DNA of 63,682 nt, counting the filler, from Candidatus Fermentibacterota bacterium (GTDB taxonomy: Bacteria; JAFGKV01): the NCBI GenBank assembly GCA_016928395.1. It is 8 parts of 8 records of this genome, joined end to end, with 100 filler letters (N's around TTAATTAATTAA, not from the genome) between each part and the next. Parts side by side here need not be neighbours in the genome. Positions count along the whole stretch, not along the records: positions 57,471 to 60,659 come from JAFGKV010000201.1; positions 60,760 to 63,682 come from JAFGKV010000003.1; 6 more parts are not named here. One strand, given 5' to 3'. This document shows positions 57,471 through 63,682 of this stretch, in pieces (within the stretch, counting starts at the first letter, position 1; each line of letters begins with the position of its first letter). A model generated the notes under the pieces. It did not search any database. It was not told the origin of the DNA and saw nothing but the letters and a program-made list of their open reading frames with translations. Made by a program: the position numbers and the translations under genes.

Positions 57471-58098
57471 CCTTTTCCTTGTGGGTGCCTTGGCAGTTGT
57501 CGGCATTCTGGTTCGCAGGGCTCGTCGGCACCCGACGCCCTGCCCGTGGTGGCTGCGTTTCCTGCTGGAGAACCCCTTCATGAATCGTGTGGCGGGGGCC
57601 TCAACCGTCATTGCGCGGCTTGACCTTGCGCCGGGTATGCAGGTCCTGGATGTAGGGTGCGGCCCCGGGCGGCTGACTCTGCCTCTGGCCCGGCAGGTCG
57701 CCGCCGATGGCAAGGTCGTCGCGGTGGACATGCAGGAACGCATGCTGGCCGTGCTTCGTGAGCGGCTCGCGCACCAGGGAATAACCAATGTGGAGACCAT
57801 CCTCAAAGGAGCGGGGCAGGGGGACCTAGGGCACGAGGATACCTTCGACCGCGCCGTACTCGTGACAGTATTGGGGGAAATCCGCGGACGGGAAGAAGCG
57901 CTGAGGGAGATCTTTTGCGCCTTGAAGCCCGGCGGCATCCTATCCGTGACGGAAGTCCTGCTCGATCCCGACTACCAGCCTGCGAGCCGTGTCAGGCGCA
58001 TGGCCGAAACCGCGGGGTTTGAGTTCCACGAGAAGCACGGTTCTGCGTTCGCCTTCACGATCACATTGAGAAAGCCAAAGAAGGCGCATCCAACGTAA
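57471..58098 (+). CDS. Class I SAM methyltransferase, 5' end probably cut by contig start
   Basis: VLDVGCGPGRL, AVDMQ, LKPGGILSVTE. Confidence 0.88.
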
Positions 58099-58116
58099 CG
58101 GTGACGGAGGGTTCAC

Positions 58117-58833
58117 ATCGCGACAGCAAAGAATGATCAGGCCTCCCGTTCCGACCTACTGGTGTTCATTACCCGCAGAGAATCTCGATGCGACGAGTGC
58201 GGCAGCGAACTCGGCCGAGGGGCGTGGATCACGCTTCTGGGTACGGACAGAGGGGCCGCGTGCCTCAGTTGTGCCGACCTTGATCATCTGGCGTTTCTCC
58301 CCTCCGGCGACACTGCCCTCACACGGCGTGCCCGCACGCACTCCGGATTGACCGCGGTCGTCCTCAGGTGGAGTCGAACCAGAAAACGCTATGAACGGCA
58401 GGGTCTGCTGGTCGAGGAAGGGGCTTTGACCCGAGCCGAACAGGAGTGCGCGGCAGACGCCGAAACGAGGGAGGCACGGCGCGCCAGGGCTGCCGGGCGT
58501 CGCGCGGAGTTGGATGATGCGTACGTCGGGCAGTTCGCCGCCCGGATGCGAGAGCTCTATCCGGGATGCCCTGCGGGGCGCGAGCGGGAGATCGCAATGC
58601 ATGCCTGTCGCAAGTACAGCGGCCGCGTTGGCCGAAGCGCTGCAGCCAAGAAGCTTGACGACGAGGCCGTGCACCTGGCCGTGATTGCCCACATTCGCCA
58701 CCGGGAGACACGCTACGATGAACTGATGATGCGCGGCAGCGATCGCCGTGTCGCCCGCGAGATGATCCGCGACGACGTTGACGAGGTGATCCGGCGGTGG
58801 TCCCGGGCAAGGCATGTTCATGACGACGCGTAG
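58117..58833 (+). CDS. DUF2293-like protein with N-terminal CxxC pairs
   Basis: CDEC, CLSC, LPSGDTALTRRA, RYERQGLLVE, KYSGRVGRS, AHIRHRETRYD; SD points to ATC 58117 (GTG 58162 is the alternative). Confidence 0.8.
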   Translation: MATAKNDQASRSDLLVFITRRESRCDECGSELGRGAWITLLGTDRGAACLSCADLDHLAFLPSGDTALTRRARTHSGLTAVVLRWSRTRKRYERQGLLVEEGALTRAEQECAADAETREARRARAAGRRAELDDAYVGQFAARMRELYPGCPAGREREIAMHACRKYSGRVGRSAAAKKLDDEAVHLAVIAHIRHRETRYDELMMRGSDRRVAREMIRDDVDEVIRRWSRARHVHDDA

Positions 58834-58980
58834 GAAGCCATCTGATCATCCGGCCCATACCTGTGGCTTTCCAGTGGGGAGGAACGGCGCCTGGTTCGGC
58901 CTGTCCACTGCTCCTCGTGCGGGGATACTGCTGAGGACATGGAGGTCATCCCTCCATTCCTGGAATTCGGACCATAGGTT

Positions 58981-59541
58981 GTGAACGAGCACACATCGTC
59001 CGATGCCCGCGGCCGACGTATCGCATTCGTCGCCCACTGCCTCCTGAACCAGAACGCCAAGGTTCCCGGCCTGGCAGGCTATCCGGGGGTTTTTCAGCCG
59101 CTGTGTACGCCCTTGACCCGCCACGGCATCGGCATCGTGCAGATGCGGTGCCCGGAGATGGATCATCTGGGCCCGGGCCGTCCCCTGGGCACCGACACGA
59201 TAGACCAGTACGACACGCCCGCCTATCGCGACCTGTGCCGGCGCCTCGCGGGCGCCGTTGCAACTGAAGCCGCCGTCTACCATGCTGCAGGCTACAGGGT
59301 GCTCTTCGCTCTGGGAGTCGAAGGAAGCCCAAGCTGCAGCGTGTCAAACGCCCCGGTTCTGGAGGCAGGCTGCCGCATCCTGCGCCCGGGCAGAGGGCTC
59401 TTCATGGAAGCCCTGGCCGCCGCCTTTGCTGCGGCGGGCCTCCAGGTTCCCTTCATCGGCATTCCCGAAGTGCCCGAGTCGGGGGAACTGGATGAGGCAT
59501 TGAGCAGCCTTGAGGTTGTGGTCACATGCGCCGGGGAGTGA
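58981..59541 (+). CDS. DUF523/TudS-related putative Fe-S desulfidase
   Basis: AHCLLNQNA, QMRCPE, GVEGSPSCSV. Confidence 0.75.
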   Translation: MNEHTSSDARGRRIAFVAHCLLNQNAKVPGLAGYPGVFQPLCTPLTRHGIGIVQMRCPEMDHLGPGRPLGTDTIDQYDTPAYRDLCRRLAGAVATEAAVYHAAGYRVLFALGVEGSPSCSVSNAPVLEAGCRILRPGRGLFMEALAAAFAAAGLQVPFIGIPEVPESGELDEALSSLEVVVTCAGE

Positions 59542-59799
59542 CCGGCCGTTTCGATGGAGCCCCTTGCGCGCATGATCCTTCATGCCTCGATGGCTGGTCA
59601 TCACGTATCAGGGTTCAGGGTTTCGGGGTTTCCGGCCTGATCTCAGGGCACGGAGATCTGGGGGAAGTTGACGTCTCATGGGCATTGGCTCTCATTGTAC
59701 CTAGTGCACTGCACGGGTGGTGCCGGGATGCGCGAGGCCCATCGAGCAGTGCCATCCCTGACCTCTTCCAGGCTCAAACGACTAGCCGGAGGGCTTGAC

Positions 59800-60288
59800 G
59801 TGGACACCATAGCGCCGACGATTGCTGCGACGATTCTGTCATGCGTGGTCCTGTTGGCCCGGGGGTGCGGGCCAATGCACCGGCAGGCTCCGCCTCAGGC
59901 CGGATTCGCTGCCGACAGCCTGGAACACGCGACGCCTGAGCTCCTCGACCGTGGCTCGCGCCGCTATGAGTCCCTGGCCGAGGCTCGCTACCGGGGGCCG
60001 GCGAAGTATCTCTGGAATGCCCCGCATACCCACGTGCTCTGCCTGGAGCAGCACCGATCCCGAAGCCCGGCGGGGCCGGGCATGGCTCTGCCTGCCCTTC
60101 GGTTCTTCATATATGATCTCCAGGCGGACGAGATCATCTTCGAGGATGCGCTGGACAATGCGCGAGTTGCGTGGGAGAGCGACACCTCCATCAAGGTCGT
60201 GATTACGCCCGGCACGGTACCTGAGATAGAACCGCGGGAATTCGGCTATCGCGTTGATGTGGTGTCGGGGCTGCGGGAGGACCTGTGA
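59800..60288 (+). CDS. Hypothetical lipoprotein-like protein
   Basis: GTG with GGAGG SD; hydrophobic stretch ending ARGC; beta-rich C-terminus. Confidence 0.5.
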   Translation: MDTIAPTIAATILSCVVLLARGCGPMHRQAPPQAGFAADSLEHATPELLDRGSRRYESLAEARYRGPAKYLWNAPHTHVLCLEQHRSRSPAGPGMALPALRFFIYDLQADEIIFEDALDNARVAWESDTSIKVVITPGTVPEIEPREFGYRVDVVSGLREDL

Positions 60289-60432
60289 GCCACACAGCCC
60301 ACTGTGTCACGGGAAACGCCGCCCAGCGACATGCCATGCGGTGCGCATGGAATCATCTCATTGCCTGAACCCCATGCGTAATGCAGGATTCCAATCGTCC
60401 ACTCTTTGCCCCTATCCCCTGGAGGTAGACTC

Positions 60433-60658
60433 ATGCTGCTGAAAGCTCTCGTAAGCGGCCTCGTGCTCCTCGGCGCAGCGCAGATGCCCTCTCTCTTCGC
60501 GCCCCAACCCAGCGATGAGGTGATCTCGGTGCAGGCTCATGACCCATCGCGAACGGAAAAGACTGCGATGGAACCCTACCCTCCCGAAGCGGCAGGCTAC
60601 CCATCGACGCTAATGCGGACAAAGGAGTTCAGGCAGCGTTTCCGCGTTGCCAAGAGCA
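60433..60658 (+). CDS. Hypothetical secreted protein, cut by contig end
   Basis: GGAGG SD; MLLKALVSGLVLLGAA signal-like N-terminus. Confidence 0.5.
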
Positions 60659-60759
60659 ANNNNNNNNNNNNNNNNNNNNNNNNNNNNNNNNNNNNNNNNN
60701 NNNTTAATTAATTAANNNNNNNNNNNNNNNNNNNNNNNNNNNNNNNNNNNNNNNNNNNN

Positions 60760-60967
60760 TGAAATGCGCTCTGCTCAGGCACGCAGCGCGGTTTTCGATG
60801 AGCTGGAGAAAGCTGTCGCCCACCACGTCTTCCGCTTCCTCATGGGTCGCACCGATTTCACGCAGTACGTGGTACACCACGGGCGCGTGGGCTTCGAACA
60901 AGACTCGCCACGCATCGGGGCATCCTCGCAGGCATTGTGAAATGGTCTCGTCAAAAAAGGAAATCAC
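60760..60967 (-). CDS. ECF-type sigma factor N-terminus (region 2), cut by contig end
   Basis: CLRGCPDAWRVLFEAHAPVVY...EEAEDVVGDSFLQL. Confidence 0.6.
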
Positions 60968-61064
60968 GGCAGGCTCCCACCAACCACACCGACAGGTCCA
61001 TGCTCATCAATGCAAGGAATGTACACCTCCCCATACTCACCACAAGACTCCTCCACCATGCCCA

Positions 61065-62183
61065 TCATAGAAACGTCTGCTGACCGGTGGCAGGTTTCTC
61101 CGCTTCATGAGGGCTGGTCTGACCGTCAGAAACGCCTCCAAGGTCCTCCGCGTACGAGACTTCGATGAGACCGGGACCGGCGCGAGAAACACTCGAAGGC
61201 AGATCGAGCACCAGGTCCGACTCCGATTCCGCGACCACGGCGAAGCCGTAGTGACGGTTCCGGTGGCGGAACTGCTTTCCCGCGCTGGTGCGATTCGAGA
61301 CGAAGTCCAGATGGGCGCGAACCCGGCCCTCGACGCAGGCGCGTGCCTGCGGAGCGGAAGCCAGAATACTGGCTTCGCCGATCCTGCAGAGGGCCTCATC
61401 CAGCTCGTAGCCGATGCTGTTTCGCGCGGCGGTCAGCGCGGCGATTGAGGTCGTGCCCGTGCCGAGAAATGGATCGAGGACCACATCGCCCTTGACGGAG
61501 AACATGCTGATGAGCCGGTAGGGGATCTCCAAGGGATAGGCCGCGCTGCGTTGCCGGGCTTCGCGGTCAGCCAGGTTCTGCGTCGTTCCCTTCACATCCA
61601 TCCAGACATCAGAAAACCAGTGGTTCCGCTCCTCCCAGAAGAATGAGCTCTCGCGGCGACGGCGCCTGTCCTCGGGAGAAACGAAGACCCGTTTCGGGCC
61701 CTTGCGAACGATGAGGATGTACTCGTGCTCCAGCGTGACATACGCGCCGGCGGGCAATACGCCGGACCCCATGAACTTGGTGGGCGAGTTGGTCTGTTTG
61801 CGCCAGAGAATGTCAGGCAGGGGGGTAAACCCCACCGCCATCAGCGCCGAGAGAACCCGGGCGTGATTCGGGTAGAGGCGGAAGTCGCCCTGCATGGTGC
61901 GCGTCGCGTCGCCGATATTGATGCACGCGATTCCCCCTGGCCTCAGCACCCGAAACGTCTCGGCCCATACAGCATCGAGACATCCGTGCATCAACGCGAA
62001 TGCCGTGGAACCGTCACCGACGGCCAGGACATGACCGATGCGTGGGTCCCCGACGGCGAACACCTGATCCCACATCGCGATCATGGGATAGGGCGGCGAG
62101 GTCACCACCAGATCGATGCTGCCATCGCCGATGGCGGCCATCTGGGTGGCGTCGCCGTGATAGATCCGGTGCGTAGTGATCAA
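61065..62183 (-). CDS. Beta-class amino DNA methyltransferase (probably N4-cytosine)
   Basis: VVTSPPY (motif IV) precedes VLDPFLGTGTT (motif I); TTG start with AGGAAGG SD. Confidence 0.9.
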   Translation of the reverse strand: MITTHRIYHGDATQMAAIGDGSIDLVVTSPPYPMIAMWDQVFAVGDPRIGHVLAVGDGSTAFALMHGCLDAVWAETFRVLRPGGIACINIGDATRTMQGDFRLYPNHARVLSALMAVGFTPLPDILWRKQTNSPTKFMGSGVLPAGAYVTLEHEYILIVRKGPKRVFVSPEDRRRRRESSFFWEERNHWFSDVWMDVKGTTQNLADREARQRSAAYPLEIPYRLISMFSVKGDVVLDPFLGTGTTSIAALTAARNSIGYELDEALCRIGEASILASAPQARACVEGRVRAHLDFVSNRTSAGKQFRHRNRHYGFAVVAESESDLVLDLPSSVSRAGPGLIEVSYAEDLGGVSDGQTSPHEAEKPATGQQTFL

Positions 62184-62488
62184 GGAGACCTTCCTGTAGC
62201 GGGCCAATGGTCTAGTACCGTCACAACATGTCGCCAGGATAGGGATCGCGCCGGGTCGCGGCAAACGGCGCGGGACCGGCCAGCCAGTTCGCAACCCGGC
62301 CGGCCTCAGGTTCTGGGGCGTGGAGGTGAGGGCGTGTCCGAGCTCCTCGCTCCCATCGCCTGACTTCGCGTGCTCGCACGGCGGGCCATTGTAACCCGAT
62401 CAAATGTGGCGATCGAAGCCACAGGCCCGATATTGGGCCGCCTGATCCCCTCCGTGACGCAGACTCTATCATCCCAAGGACACCGGTC

Positions 62489-63481
62489 ATGAGAGCGCCA
62501 TCGAGACAAGAACGCCTGAGAGCGGAGTACCGTTCCCGGATCAACCGGGTTATCGACTTCATCGAGTTCCATCTGGAAGAGGAGTTGTCGCTGCATTCCC
62601 TGGCCGACGTGGCCTGCTTCTCGCCCTTCCATTTCCATCGGATCTTCGGCGCCATGACGGGGGAGACGCTCAATCAGTTCATCCAGCGCCTCCGCATCGA
62701 ACGGGCAGCGAATCAACTGATGAACAACCCGACGAAATCGATCACCGCCATCGCCTTCGACTGCGGGTTCTCAGGTTCTGCAGCGTTCTCCCGGGCGTTC
62801 AGGCAACGCTTCGAGATGAGCCCCAGCCGCTGGCGCTCGGGCGGGCATCTCGAACACCGCAAGATGGGCAAAGAGGATCGCAAGACCGGCAATGCGAATG
62901 GCAAGGAGCGGAAAGACTTCGAGGAGCGCGATTCCTATCTTGTGGTTGACAACTTCAACCACACCTGGAGGGTGACCATGAGCGAGACGAAGTCAGTCAA
63001 TGTCGAGGTCAAGGAGATGCCGGAGTTCACCGTGGCCTATGTGCGCCACGTGGGGCCCTATGCGGGCGACAGCGCCCTGTTCGAACGGCTCTTCACCAGG
63101 CTCTTCCAGTGGGCCGGCGCTCGAGATCTCCTGGGCCGCCCGGATATGCGGGCCATGTCGGTCTACCATGATGATCCCGAGGTAACCCCCGAGGACAAGC
63201 TCCGGGTGAGTGTCTGCATCACGGTGCCGCCCGACACTGCGGTGGACGGCGAGATCGGCAGGATGACCATCCCCGGCGGCAAATTCGCCGTCGGGCACTT
63301 CGTGTTGTCAGGCAGCTCTGAATACGGAGAGGCCTGGAATGCGCTCATGGGCGGATGGCTGCCCGAGAGCGGGTATCAGCCCGATGACCGCCTGTGCTAT
63401 GAGCTCTACTTGAACGACCCCTCGCACGATCCCGAAGGCAAGCACATTGTCGACATTTGCATGCCGGTGAAACCGCTCTAG
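62489..63481 (+). CDS. AraC regulator with GyrI-like effector domain
   Basis: FSPFHFHRIF, IAFDCGF..FSRAF; VAYVRHVGPY, WLPESGYQPD, YELYLNDP. Confidence 0.93.
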   Translation: MRAPSRQERLRAEYRSRINRVIDFIEFHLEEELSLHSLADVACFSPFHFHRIFGAMTGETLNQFIQRLRIERAANQLMNNPTKSITAIAFDCGFSGSAAFSRAFRQRFEMSPSRWRSGGHLEHRKMGKEDRKTGNANGKERKDFEERDSYLVVDNFNHTWRVTMSETKSVNVEVKEMPEFTVAYVRHVGPYAGDSALFERLFTRLFQWAGARDLLGRPDMRAMSVYHDDPEVTPEDKLRVSVCITVPPDTAVDGEIGRMTIPGGKFAVGHFVLSGSSEYGEAWNALMGGWLPESGYQPDDRLCYELYLNDPSHDPEGKHIVDICMPVKPL

Positions 63482-63625
63482 GCCTGAATTCCGCCGCTCG
63501 GAAAGTATAGAGCCAAGAACAGAAGGGATGACTCCCGGCGGCGCCGAGGGCCGCCTCGCACCCGGTGCGTGCCTACTTCGCTCTCCCGGGAAGCGAGATC
63601 CGCTGAGGACGGTTCCTGCACTCCA

Positions 63626-63650
63626 AGGCCCCCGGATTCGCCGGGGGCCT
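63626..63650. terminator. Hairpin, possible terminator
   Basis: AGGCCCCCGG-ATTCG-CCGGGGGCCT, 10-bp stem; no clear U-tract. Confidence 0.45.
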
Positions 63651-63682
63651 GTCTACTTGATCTCTACCAGTTCGTACCGCCA

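Overview
The window is not one locus. It is eight contigs joined by artificial N-padded TTAATTAATTAA linkers (gaps at 9301-9400, 23064-23163, 28980-29079, 42745-42844, 46921-47020, 57371-57470, 60660-60759). The source looks like a GC-rich, LPS-producing, probably anaerobic bacterium; an FCB-related candidate lineage is an inference from the FlgD-type C-terminal domains and the kds/lpt/rpoN/hprK operon. Contig 1: sugar-phosphate-type bacterial microcompartment operon (acylating AldDH, BMC-P, BMC-H, BMC-T, RpiB-DeoC fusion, wHTH regulator), a 107-bp REP array, S41 peptidase, MarR-GNAT, TlpA. Contig 2: rplU-rpmA-kdsB-pyrG-kdsA-kdsC-lpxL-lptC-lptB-rpoN-hpf-hprK-ptsH, a DHOD-like gene and a photolyase. 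Contig 3: TRAP/GntR/UroD-family catabolic block ending in a tRNA-like remnant. Contig 4: Orange-protein-like Fe-S/metal cluster with a fused double ATPase, two sigma54 promoters with matching upstream architecture, a peptide-deformylase fragment, dinB and an HK/HD-GYP pair. Contig 5: two secreted-protein genes bracketed by a direct composite repeat. Contig 6: AOR, thrS, manC, rnhC. Contigs 7-8: small accessory genes, an orphan DNA methyltransferase and AraC-GyrI. The best novelty candidates are the repeat-bracketed secreted-protein cassette, the sigma54 regulon over the orp-like cluster with its mini-PDF leader ORF, and the fused RpiB-DeoC microcompartment cargo. All family calls come from motif recognition by eye; no database searches were run.
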